Source of the DNA: Gekko japonicus
Taxonomy: Eukaryota
NCBI RefSeq assembly: GCF_001447785.1
Contig: NW_015168044.1
Location: 2,775,343-2,838,665 of the forward strand
Reading direction: 5' to 3'
Length of the DNA stretch: 63,323 bases
A program made the position numbers and the translations under genes. Shown here piece after piece: positions 27,001 through 38,629 of this stretch (positions are counted from its first letter, which is position 1; each line of letters opens with the position of its first letter). The notes under the pieces are model-generated. The model did not search any database, was not told where the DNA came from, and saw only the letters and a list, made by a program, of their open reading frames with translations.

Positions 27001-30000
27001 TGGGCACCCAGATCCTCCCATCTTTCTCTCGTCCTGTGGGAGACAGGGTTGCCTTTTCCATCTTGGAGGCCTGTGCATGAAGCTGCCTTGGACTGTGTCA
27101 GACCCTTGTCCATCAAGGTTAGTGCTGTCTACTCTGACAAGCAACAGCTCTCCAGGATCTCTTTCCCATCACCTACTACCTGCTCCTTTTGATTGGAGAT
27201 TCCAGGTGTTGAACCCAAAACCCTGATGCTCTACCACCAAGTCACAACCCCCCCTCTACTGCAACAGGAGTAGCTCTCCTTTTTTCAAACATTTAGTTAC
27301 TTCCTTTCTTCTACCTCTGTTGCTAGTTCCTTGATGACCCCGGCTTAAAAAATGACATCCGGAACAAGCCCGTTCAGCTGCCCCTGGCCCATTCTGGCTG
27401 GCTTTTCAAGGAGGAGAGTGATGATCAAGAGGACGTGAAGCATTTGAGCTCCAGCACCGAGGAGATAATGGAAATGGACATACCGTCAGTGAAAGGCAGG
27501 TGGTCCAAATTAGCCACGGGGAGCGATTTGTAGCACTGCCCTTTGGGGACTGTATCACTGGGTATAACTGCTGCAGCCTTATTGCAAAGAGCTGCCCTCT
27601 CCACTGGAACATCCAGCAGGCCCAGACATCTCTGAGATGCCATGAAATGATCTTAGAAATGCTCATTCTTCTCACTGGCCAATTTCCTCTGGTGCTGTTG
27701 GAGAGGCTTTCAAAAGGCTTTACAGAGAATGAGTTCCACAGGCAGAAACCTCCTCCTAGCCAATATCCACTTTAAGCAAATCCTAAAGTTTGGGGATACC
27801 CAGTGCAAATTTTTTTTTTAATTTAGACAGTAGACCTCCAAGTGGAACAATCAGCTTTTGAAATGCCATCAAACCTAAACTAGACACATCTGCATGACAC
27901 CCATCATCTAATAACTTTTTTTAATGGCAAGAAACACTGGGGGGGAGGGGATTTGGATTAGAGCAGCAATGCAGTAGAGTGTGTTCAACCCTTCCCCCGT
28001 GCTTTTCCTGGTCAGTCCCCCCCCCCACACACACACGCACACAATCATTTGTACGCATGAAACTGCCTTATACTGAATCAGACCGTTGGTCTATCAAGGT
28101 CAATATTGTCTACTCTTAACTGGTAGCCACTCTCTCGGGTCTTGAATTAGGGAGTCTTTCACATCATTGTTTTTAGCTGGAGATGCCATACAGAATTTGG
28201 GACCAACTGCATGCAAAACAGATTCTTTGTTATGAGCCATAGCATGGCCCCTCCCTGCAAGGGAAGAGGCAGATGTACCATACAGGAATATTCCCTTCCC
28301 TTGGGGCAAACAGTAGCTGAGGGTTGTTGACAGGGATTTTAATACATGAAAGACTGCAAAGGCAATGGTTTTTTTACAGAGCTCTCTCCCACATCTTAGG
28401 TCCCAGTCCTGATCCTCCCCTAAGCTTCTTATGTCATTAAAAATATAGGGAATCCTGATTATGCTACTTTCCATGCGTATGTGGTGGAGCCAAGACTCCT
28501 GTCTCTAAGAAACACAACCTCAGAGCCCCATTTCCAGTGCACGGCAGCGTCCATGTTGTAAGAGCCTTCTCAGCTACAGCTGGAAGTCACTTGGTAGCTG
28601 AGGGTTGTTGACAGGGATTTTAAAACATGAAAGACTGCTAAGGCAATAGTTTTTTTACAGAGCTCTCTCCCACATCCAGTCCTGATCCTACCCTAAGCTT
28701 CTTTTGCCATTAAAAATATAGGGAATCCTGATCATGCTACTTTCCATGCGTATGTGGTGGAGCCAAGACTCCTGTCTCTAAGAAACGCAACCTCAGAGCC
28801 CCATTTCCAGTCCACGGAGCAAGTTGTGCTGGACTTTGGATCCCAACAGCAGCGTCCATGTTGTAAGAGCCTTCTCAGCTACAGCTGGAAGTCTCTTGGA
28901 TGATCTAAGCAGTTAGAGTAGTATTTGAGCACTCAGATCATACTGCCGTGCTGCAGAGGTCACTTCTTGTGGACAACCTAATCTCATGCTGCTACCCTGA
29001 GGAATGAGAGAACTCGGCACCATGACCCCAAAGGTATCTGTGACTATCCATGAAGGTGGCCTGGAGTTCTGTTGGCTGGATCTCTGCATGCTTGAACTTG
29101 GTGTGCCATATAACAACAAAATAGATATGCAAAGAGAATCATGGAATAAAGGTTCAACAAAAGGAGGGGGGAGTGATATATAATCAAAGACATTATATTG
29201 CAAAAATTATATGTACATTCTACTTAAGTGCAAATGTCCAACACAGTCCTGTTCACCCCAAACAACAAAGTATCAGTGTAAATTGAATTCCGTCACCTCT
29301 TTGTTGATTTAAATATCCTGATTGTTGTTGCTTTGATCCTATTTGTTTGCTTGCATAAATAAGTTCAACAAACAAAATGTGATGCTCCAACATTCTCTGG
29401 AATGCTAAACATTCAAGGTTGGTTATTCAGTATCTCTCAACACTTATCTCCGGTAACACAAGCCCGATGACAGGCAGCTAGCCTGAAAGGCTTTCAAGGT
29501 TCTTTTTAAAGTCAGAAATATATTTCTCAAATCAGAGTCCTTTTGCAACCAATGTATTTCAAAGTATCAGTGTAAATTGAATTCCGTCACCTCTTTGTTG
29601 ATTTAAATATCCTGATTGTTGTTGCTTTGATCCTATTTGTTTGCTTGCATAAATAAGTTCAACAAACAAAATGTGATGCTCCAACATTCTCCGGAATGCT
29701 AAACATTCAAGGTTGGTTATTCAATATCTCTCAACACTTATCTCCAGTAACACAAACCCGATGACAGGCAACTAGCTTGAAAGCCTTTCAAGGTTCTTTT
29801 TCAAGTCGGAAATATATTTCTCAAATCAGAGTCCTTTTGTAACCAATGTATTTTTTCAAAATTGCATCTTTAGATAACAGTCAGTGTTTCAAAGCAACAA
29901 CAATCAGGATATTTAAATCAACAAAGGATGGAATTCACTTTACACTGAGACTTTGTTGTTTGGAGTGAACAGGACTGTGTTGGGTATTTGCACTTCAGTA

Positions 30001-33000
30001 GAATGTATATATAATTTTTGCAATATAATTTCTTTAGTCATATATCAGGCTTTTTCCCTTCTTGATGGAGAATGCATCTGTATCCATGGTGCCAAAAGAT
30101 TGAGTGAGCTCCCATCTCTGGCCCCAGCTTCTGCCAATTTAGCAGTTTGAAACCAAGAAATTGCAAGTAGATAAATAGGTACTGCTTTGGTAGGAAGGTA
30201 ACAGCATTCCATGCACCTCGGCATTTAGTCATGCCAGCCACAGGACCACAGAAACATCTTTGGACAGTGCTGGCTCTTTGGCTTGGAAACGGAGATGAGC
30301 ACCGCACCCTAGAGTCAGACTCAATTAGCTTTCGAGCAAGGGAAACCTTTACCTTTACCTTTTAGAATGTATATATAATTTTTGCAATATAATTTCTTAG
30401 TTACCTATCACAGTGTTTTTTTCCTTCTTGTTATAACAACAAAATAGCCTTGTTGCAGAATATTGGGAAAGGGATTGGAAGTAAAATTGTCTCCTTGATA
30501 CCTTTGTCTGGTGTGGCTGCATCTGGAGTACCATATAGAGTTCTGGCCATTCCAATCCCAAAATGGGCTTTATGGAATTGGAGAAGGTATAGAACTGGGT
30601 AACTGATATGACCAAAGGTTGGGATACTTTCCTAATGAGGAATGCTGAGGGCTCTTTAATTTAGGGAAAGTAACTAAGGGGGATGTGATAGAGATTTAGA
30701 TTTAGTGTGAAGACAGCAGATAGTAAAGTTCATCCTTATAAAACATTCAGGCTCCCATTTAATGAAATAAGCTGGCACTGTTCAAAAGGTGCAAAAAAAG
30801 GTTTCTTTCCATAATGCAGTTTTTTAGAATTCACAGCTGCAAGGTTTGGTGACAGCTGCTAGCCTAAGGTGGATTTAAAAAACATGAGCAAAGAGATTCG
30901 CATTCATAGACGTGTCAACTTTCATGAGAACTTTCATGTTCTGCAACACTGCACCTTTATTTTATTTTTATGCTTTTTATTTGTACTCTTTTCTTCTTCG
31001 TGTGGACCCAGAGTGGCTTATCATATTGTTCTCCCCTCCCCCAGTTTATCCTCACAATGACAACTTTGTGAGGTAAGTTAGGCTGAGAGACTGTGACAGA
31101 CCCAAAGTCCCAAGCAAGCTTTTATGACAGAGCAGAGATTCAAATAGGGGTGTACCAAGTCCTAGTCTGACATTCTAATCACTGCACTACACTACACTGA
31201 CTCTGAAACCAATGGTGGGGCAGGGGGCTATTGTCTCCATGCTCTGCTTGTAGGCTTCTTCAGAAACATTTGGCTGGTGACTACTGGGGAAAGGATGCTG
31301 GACCCTTGTTCTTATTCAGCATGATTCCTGTATCTTAGCCTAGCTAAGCTATTTTGCATCTGCGATAAGGAGCAGTCCTGTGTTTGATGTACACAGGATT
31401 TTCCTTAAAAAAAACTAGAGACATCTCTTCTCCCTGCAGCATCTCTAATGGGGTGCTTCCTGCTTATTCCTCACGGCATGCAATAATCAAAGGATGTTTT
31501 TGTTCCCACTCGCAACACAAAGTAATGGTTGGAAGCCTGAGTTGGAAGCCTCTAGTCCCAGTTCAGCTATAAACTCTCATGGTTTCAGCTCAGTCACTGT
31601 CTCTCAGGATGCTTTGGAGCCAGGAGGTTGAACTTGTCTGGCTTTTGAGTCCTTCCAGCTCTGTGGTCCTGACTGTGCCTCTTGTTCTAGTGAAAGAGGA
31701 GCCCCACGATGAAGAAGAGCCCCCACCTGCTCGCAAACCATCTCTTGCGAAGGCGCCCCCTCCCTTCCCCCAGGACGTGTCCATGGCAGAGCTGCTGCAG
31801 AAGCTGAGCTTGTGCAAGGAAGATGAGTTGCTGTTCTTGCAGCTGCCGGATACACTGCCAGGGCAGTCTCCCACCCAGGATACCAAGCCCATCAAGACCG
31901 AGGTGCAAACTGAGGATGGGCAGATGATGATGATAAAGCAAGAGAAGAGCCAGGTATGTGACTAGAGAGGAATATGTAGTCCAGGTAGAGGAAGTGGTAT
32001 CATAGAACTCGATGGACTTTCGCTGCTTATATTGCCAAACAAAGGGCCCTAGGAAGGACTCTGTCTGAAGTTCTGAAGGAGTTCAGAAAAGCTGCAGGAT
32101 GTGGTATTCGGCATGGGTGTTAGCTTTCTAAGGGCATTGGCTACTTTTAAAACAATTAACATGCCTTCTATACAAATATATATTTTGAAAGTGAGCAGGC
32201 ATTGACTGATGACAAGCAAAATGCAGAGTAATATTTTTCATTAGGACAAGCAAAAGGAGCACAACATAGAATGCAAGCTGATTGGTCCTTACAAGTTAAA
32301 AGTATTACATGGCTTTTAAAAAAATTTTTTGCTTCGGATCAACACAATTGTCTGTTTTGGGGACCTGCAGCAATTCCTCTGGCTTCTGCTGCAAGATTTC
32401 CTGTGGCAGAGGTTTCATCAGTGCCCTGATAGGTCTTGTTCTGCCCCAGGGCAAGCAGAATAAATTATGCAAAATAAGAGTTCACATACATTTAACTTAT
32501 CCTGGTCTCAGGATTCTAGCTGGGCAACTTGGGTTCATGATTTTGGTATATTAAGCACAGTGTACAAGTCATACTGATGAAAGGCCAGTAAAGGCACAAG
32601 AAACCTAGATGTCGCTTTGCATTTCTTCCCAGCTTCCCAGGACGCAAAAGGTCAGCTCCCCCCAAATATAGGAGCTGCTTGTAACCCGCCCCCGCCCCCT
32701 TTCTGTCTTTTCAGGAAGCTAAAGAAGCTGAGAACATCTGCACCCTGGGGGACCTGTCAGAAGGGCAGGTGGGGAAGCTGCTGGTCCGCAAGTCAGGGAA
32801 GGTGCAACTCGTGCTGGGCAGGGTGACCCTTGATGTGACCACAGGGACTCCCTGCTCCTTCCTTCAGGTATGGCTGGCGCAGAAAACATCTCTGTTGTAC
32901 TGTCCTAATCAAGGCAGTAGGCGGCTTTCCTTCAAAGTTCTCATCCTCTACCAGTGGGAGATGAGCAACAGCAGAGAACAGTTCTTGCCCTGCTTATGAT

Positions 33001-34489
33001 ATGGGCTTCCTGGAGGCATCTTATGGGCCCAGTGTGGGCTGCAGTAACTTGAAGGGAAACTTGGTCTGTATAACTGTAAGCAGTTAAAGTCAATTTCACC
33101 CATTACATTCTTAGAGGAACATCTGAAAAAGTGAATTGCGACTTTGGTAAATGATTAGTTGCAAATGCTTGTCTTGGACAGGTGTGCTAATCAGCCAGCC
33201 AGCATTAGTTGCAGCTCTTGGTCAAGTGTAAACTGGATGCTAAACCTGGATTTGCTGGCTGTGTAATATGTGAAATGTTCTCAAAGACACTCTTCAGTGA
33301 CTCTTAGGAGATCACTTGTATTAGAGTTCATTGAGCAGGGTACCAAACTTGTGTGTATAGTGTCAGTCGTGAAGGGGATGTGGGTGTATAAAACACACTT
33401 CGTGCCCTGATCTGGATAACCCAGGTAAGCTCGATCTTGTCAGATCTCAGAAGCTAAGCAGGGCTGACCCTGGCAAGTACTTGGAAGGGAGACCTCCAAG
33501 GAATACCAGGGCTGGGACGCAGGGGCAGGCAATAGGAAGCCACCTCTCTGAAGTGTCCAGGCCCCAATAGGGGTCACCAGAAGTCAGTCATGACTTCCAG
33601 GCATATACACATACAAACAAACACTCACCAAAAAAAATACACTTCATGCATCTGACAAAGCAGGCTCTAATCTTGCACCATGATATATCCGTCTAGGCTT
33701 CGGTGTATCATAAGAGTCTTCATTGTTCTTGTTGCAATAGATTCATACAGCCACCCTTTTGGAATCTGTTATCAAAATACATATAAATGAGGCCTTCCCT
33801 ACTCAGGCTGTTTTTCTTGGCCAATACCACAGTTTATGAATTCATAATTGACAATATCATAACTGACATAATGCATAGATGCTTATGCCCCTGTTACAAA
33901 ATGGTCTGTATGAAGTACGCTTCTCTGTCAGTAATTTGGAACAAGTTTTTTTCAAATCCCATTCGAAGCAGGAGCCTCCAAGCACTTCAAAAGATTTGGC
34001 CGCCTACCTGCCCAGTGAATCTCCATTGAGTATCCTAGGCTACTCCTAGAGAAGTCACAAGAGAAGGGTTGAGGTTTTCCTGAGGGAAAGGATAAGAATC
34101 ACTACATGCCTGTTTCCCTGTGTCCCATCATGAACTGTAAGACTGGCAGAGAAGCACCTCTGTCACCATTGTGTGTCAAGTTAGACTGTCGGGGCAGGAC
34201 AAGGGTTCTCTGCAACTAGAATTTGCTTTCTCCTAGTGGTTTATTAAGAGTCCTCGCAGGTCCACCTCTGCAGGGGAAAAAATACCCTTAGTCAACCATA
34301 GGTGTGTGTTGATTGCAGCATTACGGAGGTTTTGGTTATAACAGTGTTTTCTCTTGGTCTTGGAAGGAGCTGGTGTCAGTGGGCATTGGAGACAACAGGA
34401 GTGGTGAGATGATCGTCCTGGGCCATGTGAAGCACAAGCTGGTCTGTGCCCCAGACTTTGAGTCCTTGCTGGAACACAAGCATCGGTAA
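14885..34489 (+). CDS. POLR3D: DNA-directed RNA polymerase III subunit RPC4; spliced CDS of 8 exons, 1188 nt, 395 aa
   Basis: Exons 14885-15043, 23872-23915, 24388-24539, 26802-26926, 27327-27495, 31691-31953, 32715-32867 and 34367-34489 join in frame. Motifs RLPSIRSRDLTLGGVKK, EVIQSHSIFEQGPAE, PVQLPLAHSGWLFKEE, LLFLQLPDTLPG, GQVGKLLVRKSGKVQL and LGHVKHKLVC...KHR* match vertebrate RPC4. Confidence 0.97.
15985..16220 (-). mobile_element. 5S rRNA-derived SINE (SINE3 type) with (CA)n tail
   Basis: Reverse complement GCCCGATCTCGTCAGATCTCAGAAGCTAAGCAGGGT...AGTACTCGGATGGGAGACC follows the 5S internal promoter region, then a non-5S body. Confidence 0.85.
17413..17636 (-). mobile_element. Partial second copy of the 8129-8502 hAT/Charlie element
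   Basis: CAGGGGTGTCGAAGTCATTTGTT...GGCCAGGCCATGCGTGTCATAAAATGTAATGCCAGG is the reverse complement of that element's right end. Confidence 0.75.
18471..20421. mobile_element. About 1.95-kb non-autonomous hAT element with an internal ~180-bp repeat
   Basis: TAGGAGTGTGCA...TGCACATCCCTA termini; exact TSD GTAGGGAG at 18463-18470 and 20422-20429; internal duplicated block at about 18680-18840 and 18860-19020. Confidence 0.8.
23872..23915 (+). CDS. POLR3D: POLR3D coding exon 2
   Basis: KTFAPNIISRKIKE(E); long polypyrimidine tract plus CAG; donor GTAAGT. Confidence 0.95.
24388..24539 (+). CDS. POLR3D: POLR3D coding exon 3
   Basis: PKEDVSIKKEKKERDRDRQRDGHGRGRGRPEVIQSHSIFEQGPAEMMKKR; TAG acceptor, GTATGT donor. 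Confidence 0.95.
26330..26680. mobile_element. hAT-type MITE
   Basis: CAGGGGTT...AACCCCTG TIRs; exact TSD GGTAACAC at 26322-26329 and 26681-26688. Confidence 0.88.
26802..26926 (+). CDS. POLR3D: POLR3D coding exon 4
   Basis: (G)TWDKTVDMSDFGPSHIINIKKEKRETDEETKQILRMLEKDD; CAG acceptor, GTGAGT donor. Confidence 0.95.
27327..27495 (+). CDS. POLR3D: POLR3D coding exon 5 (GC donor)
   Basis: FLDDPGLKNDIRNKPVQLPLAHSGWLFKEE...DIPSVK; the frame requires the donor AAG|GCAGGT. Confidence 0.9.
28057..28245 (-). mobile_element. tRNA-derived SINE with CR1-like 3' end
   Basis: CATGAAACTGCCTTATACTGAATCAGACC...GAGCCATAGC; related copies at about 21030-21170, 27075-27250 and 59630-59810. Confidence 0.6.
28313..28899. 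repeat. About 281-bp imperfect tandem duplication
   Basis: GTAGCTGAGGGTTGTTGACAGGG at 28313 and 28594; the second unit carries an extra segment of about 30 bp. Confidence 0.85.
29193..30033. mobile_element. Penelope-like insertion: two 294-bp direct repeats inside ~145-bp inverted repeats
   Basis: Direct repeat starts at 29266 and 29560; 29888-30033 is the reverse complement of about 29193-29337; each unit has a CCGATGA-stem-GAAA hammerhead-like motif. Confidence 0.55.
30095..30362 (+). mobile_element. Sauria SINE
   Basis: AGATAAATAGGTAC...TTTAGTCATGCCAGCCACAGGACC...GGAGATGAGCACC...(ACCTTT)n tail. Confidence 0.8.
30470..30890 (+). mobile_element. Degraded CR1 LINE 3' fragment
   Basis: CATCTGGAGTAC...AGTTCTGG...TTGGAGAAGG...AGGGGGATGTGATAGAG...GAATTCAC motifs typical of the CR1 3' end; a similar remnant lies at about 12420-12640. 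Confidence 0.55.
31691..31953 (+). CDS. POLR3D: POLR3D coding exon 6
   Basis: (V)KEEPHDEEE...LLFLQLPDTLPGQSPTQDTKPIKTEVQ...QEKSQ; TAG acceptor, GTATGT donor. Confidence 0.95.
32715..32867 (+). CDS. POLR3D: POLR3D coding exon 7
   Basis: EAKEAENICTLGDLSEGQVGKLLVRKSGKVQLVLGRVTLDVTTGTPCSFLQ; CAG acceptor, GTATGG donor. Confidence 0.95.
33404..33637 (+). mobile_element. 5S rRNA-derived SINE, second copy
   Basis: GCCCTGATCTGGATAACCCAGG...GATCTCAGAAGCTAAGCAGGG...GGGAGACC; CA/A-rich tail; imperfect TSD AAAYACACTTCRT. Confidence 0.85.
34367..34489 (+). CDS. POLR3D: POLR3D last coding exon
   Basis: ELVSVGIGDNRSGEMIVLGHVKHKLVCAPDFESLLEHKHR-TAA; AATAAA candidates near 35501 and 36276. Confidence 0.95.
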   Translation, partial: ELVSVGIGDNRSGEMIVLGHVKHKLVCAPDFESLLEHKHR

Positions 34490-37400
34490 AAAATGAGCCG
34501 TTGCAAAGTCTTCTGGCTCTTCCTGAGGGGGTCTTACAAACAGCAGTATCTTTGGCTGCCCAGAAATGCCTTCTTCCTGGACTGATGGATGAAGACTTTC
34601 CTAGAGAAGTCTGGCTGCACTGCAGTGAACTGGAACAGCATGGCATTCTATTGCATTTGGGCACCGAGAGCTGAAAAGCCTCTTGCAGGTGACACTCGTT
34701 AAGGGCAGTGGAAACCAAGGGCTGGTGCAAAGACCTAGCAGCTCTGGTTAGCAGGACCTTTACTTACATGGTGCAAGACTTAATGTTGGCACAAGCAATC
34801 CCAAGAGCAAAAACCAGTGGGGGTATTTGAGACTTGGAGCTGAGATCGGCTGCTTGGTAGCTGTTTAATGCAGATGGAGGAGGAGTGGGCTGCCCCCATT
34901 CCAAATCCCTGTGTAAGCCCTTAGGGTGAGGCCTACTCCTTGTGCTTTCCTAATGAGTCCTTGCAGCCGCACGCTGTAGCTGTAGCGAAGGAAGATGAAG
35001 TGTTAGGTGTGTGGGCGTATTCCCAAGAAGCAAAAACGACATGGTCCCCCAAGCCATTCTCATGATGTACTCCCTAAGTCTTGAAGCCTGAGTCAGATTG
35101 GACATTTGTGTTTCAAAATTTATTCCTATAGCTTTTTCCCCCTCCTTTGAGCAGAGGCAAAACTTTTGTGCTTTTTAAAAAAGTCTGCTTTCCAGGCCTT
35201 GGGACTTTTGCAGTGCCCACGTAATGTGTGGCAAAAACCACGCCAGGCTTCCTGGACGTATTATGAGATGATACAAAGATAAGCCAGAGAGGGAGGAGTC
35301 GCCTTGCTTTTTGCTCCCGTCTGTCTGGAATTGCTCAGCGCCATCTTTGATGGTGGGAATGGTGACGATGCAGACGACAACACTGGTCTAGGCTTATTTT
35401 CCCTATTTTTGTCCTACTGTCCAGGCATCACGCATGCAAAACAGATTGTCTCTTCCAGCAGCTGGGAGAGGGGAGGGGTGCATGCAGGAAATTGTGCCAA
35501 AATAAATTTATCACTAATCATCTCTTGGAGATGAAAAATTGTGCTTATCTGCAGCCTGGTTTTGGTCGAGGGCTGCCTTGCTTTTCCATTTTAGCCCAGT
35601 TTTTGTTGTGTGTTTTAATCATTGGGCATGATGACACCAAAGCTGTGGTTGGCTGGCTCCTTATGGTACCCAGGAAAAGAAGACAGTCAGTGGTGCCAAA
35701 TGCTCAGGCTTTGGGTATATGGCAGAGCAACCACTGTGATCTATAGATAGTTTTGAGGATTTTTTTTTAAATTCTGAGGGATTTTTGAGGAATCACATGG
35801 AAACAGCGGAGTTTGTGACTAAATATGGGTATGACTTAAAGCCAATTCCTTATTTAAGCACACTGTTCTTAAACAGGAGCAGTCTCATCAAGCAAGACAA
35901 GGTGCTGGAGTATCCACAGCCCAAATCTCCAGCATGTTTGTATTACTAAATAGCGCCATCAGGTGTTCTCATTTCGATCTAGGTGCAAAGAGGGCTTACT
36001 TCTTCTCCACTATGCTGTTTTCCTGACCTCAATTGATCCTCCTTGAAACTGCTGTTTGTCCCACTGAGGCAAAGCAAATAGGAATGTGGAGTGGGGGAAT
36101 CTGTTACGGAAAGGTTCAATCCATTGCTCTGCCATACCATGACTCACATCTGAAAGGCTGCTAGTAGCAATTTAAAAATGTGTGAAATCTCTTCACAGGG
36201 TTACTCTGAACATTGTTTGATTGGCCCATGATTGTTGCAGTGCAGGGGTAAAGTTGTTGGACTCTGCCAGGTGTCAATAAAATCACTCTGAATACAATGC
36301 AAATGTTTGAACTGTGTTGTGTTCCTAAGCATTCTCTGGTTCCTGATGTTTGTGGTCATGGATGCAGATCGACTGAAAGCTGTAACTTAACAGCCAAATA
36401 CTGCAGATTTTTCACAAAAGTACTAAGCGTCGTGCAGATTTCAACATTTATTCAGGTATTAGCAGATTCTTTGAAAATAAATCTGACATTTTAAGATGAT
36501 GGATCTGTAGTGATAACAGGATACTTGAAACTGTACAGCCTGCACCAATTTGGAAACTTAATTATAGCTGCAAAATCATGGAATAGTAAAGGACAGGGTG
36601 AATAGAATTGGATATTAACGGACTGCAAGCAGAAGTGTAGTAATTGAGGCCAAAGACAGAGCTATGAAGAGCAAAGAATGCCCTAGTAGACCCTGGAAGC
36701 CCCAATCAGGACGTTCAGCTGACATTTCCTGGACTTTTTCTTGACACCTTCAGAATTAGAAATTTGTTCACCATATGTATTTAGCACTGAAAACCTCTTG
36801 GCTGATCTTTCCTTGCATGTAAGAACCTGAGCCACAATTAGGATTTTGGAGCAGGCCATTAAGTCAAATGGCATAAGTTCTTTCTATCTGCTTTCTTGAA
36901 TAATTTTATATATCTCCTACCATATTTTCCCTTACCTGTTTTTTTTTTTCTAAACTGAGATGTCCCAATAACTTTAGGGAATGATCTCTAACTTTGTCCT
37001 TTCCTGTACCTTTTTGAGCTCTACATGCTTTCCAAAATGGGATAACCAAAACAAGCCAGAGGGGTGATGTAGCAGCCACTTTCAGATTCAGGGAAATGTT
37101 TTATGAATAACCCCTGGTGTGCAAACAAAGCTGTATGCGGCCGGGTACTAAGAGGGCTGGGCAGAAGAAAAAGGTGGAAATTGAGGCTGCAGCAAACTAG
37201 AGCTTTGTAAGAGGCAGAAAAAAAGAAGGTACCAAAAGGAACATGTGCTTCGGGAAGGCAACGGGGATGTTAGTAATGGTGGATGGATTGTGGAGGACCT
37301 GAGCGGCAGTTGTTTGGGGGTTTCATCCTGAGAAGGACCAAGGGAAGAAGTAGGAAATAAAAACAGTTATTTCCCCCCTTCTACTTGGTTCATCTGTTCT

Positions 37401-38185
37401 TTGCTGTTGAGAGACAAGTAGAGAATAACTTAAGGATTATTAATGGGTCAAACTGAATTTGGCAGCATCTGCTGTCACCACACCTCTAAACTGTTACCTG
37501 CATGACCGCAGTGTTTCATCTGATGGTGGCCACTAATTTGACTCTGGATTATCAGTTTAGTTCAAGGGCATTTCAGGTATCTCAATCCTTCTGTAGTTTT
37601 TGAGTAGCCAGTTTGCAATGTGTTTCTCTCTGTACAGGTATCAGCAATAGGGCTTATACTTTTATAACATGGAAGGTACTGAACATACCACGTGTATTTC
37701 TCTCAATTTGGCTGCTTCCTGGTTTCCCCACTTCTTTCAAGTGTGGATGGTTCTGCATATCTAGAAGGACCAACAACGTGCCCTTCTATAGTAGTAATAA
37801 ATGGCTAAGTGAAAAGAGGGGTGCAATACTCCAGAGAAAAGCTTTTAAATAGGGTTCATCTGTGCTAATGAGGTTGGGTTTATTGCTTGGTCCTTCACAG
37901 AGAAACTTTCTTCTCCCACTGAGTCATGTGCAACTGCAGGCGAATAGCTGGACAACGTTCTTTAAAATTGTGTATGATGTCTTGATTTCTATTTCTGTGG
38001 CCTTTAGCGCTAGATATTTTGAGAATGGCCCAGTATGGCCCACCATTTAACATAATCTCCACAGGGGCTTTAGTGCCCTTTCCAGCATTCATGGCTAGTG
38101 ACTTAGGTTCTTCCTTTTGACAAACTCCAGATCGGGAAGGTACAAAACGAAAAGTGTCCCATTTGGAAGATGTGCTGGTGGTCAC

Positions 38186-38629
38186 TCACTGTGCATGTTT
38201 ATTGGCACAAGTTGTGATGTAATGGGCCATCTCAAAAGCCTTCATGTTTAATGTTCCTCCCTGTATACCCTTCTGGCCAATCAGGATTAGGCACACAGAA
38301 TTGACCAGGACTACAGTGATGGCATGGGTGCAGCTCTCTCCATTGTCACGATAAAGCTTGGTCCGGAGATCCATACTGTATTGATGGGCATCTGTATAGA
38401 GATTATCACGTATGACGAAACACTTGAGGCCACCAAGGGTCAACCCTTGGGTAAGCAGGTTTTCTCTGTTCCTGCCAAGAAGAGCTTGGATCTCTGGCTT
38501 GGTCAGTTTCGCCAAGATGCCCCCTTGGTGGGCAGCTAAGAATTGCTGTTGAGCTACTGACAGAACTGCTGCATCCCAGCACAATCCATCTTTCATCAAG
38601 CTGTTGATGTGTTCCTGCCAGACAGTCAT
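38186..38629 (-). CDS. Divergent profilin-family protein, single coding exon, 147 aa
   Basis: Profilin motifs: N-terminal W, DG.C.DAA, GLTLGGLKCFVIRDNL, SMDLRTK, LIGQKGIQGGTLN..AFEMA. Open full-length ORF; minus-strand AATAAA at 37879-37884; pyrimidine-rich acceptor 42 nt upstream of the ATG. Confidence 0.9.
   Translation of the reverse strand: MTVWQEHINSLMKDGLCWDAAVLSVAQQQFLAAHQGGILAKLTKPEIQALLGRNRENLLTQGLTLGGLKCFVIRDNLYTDAHQYSMDLRTKLYRDNGESCTHAITVVLVNSVCLILIGQKGIQGGTLNMKAFEMAHYITTCANKHAQ

Noticed and set aside
34233-34730. 165-aa antisense ORF
   Set aside because: Shadow of the POLR3D last exon and UTR; no homology recognised.
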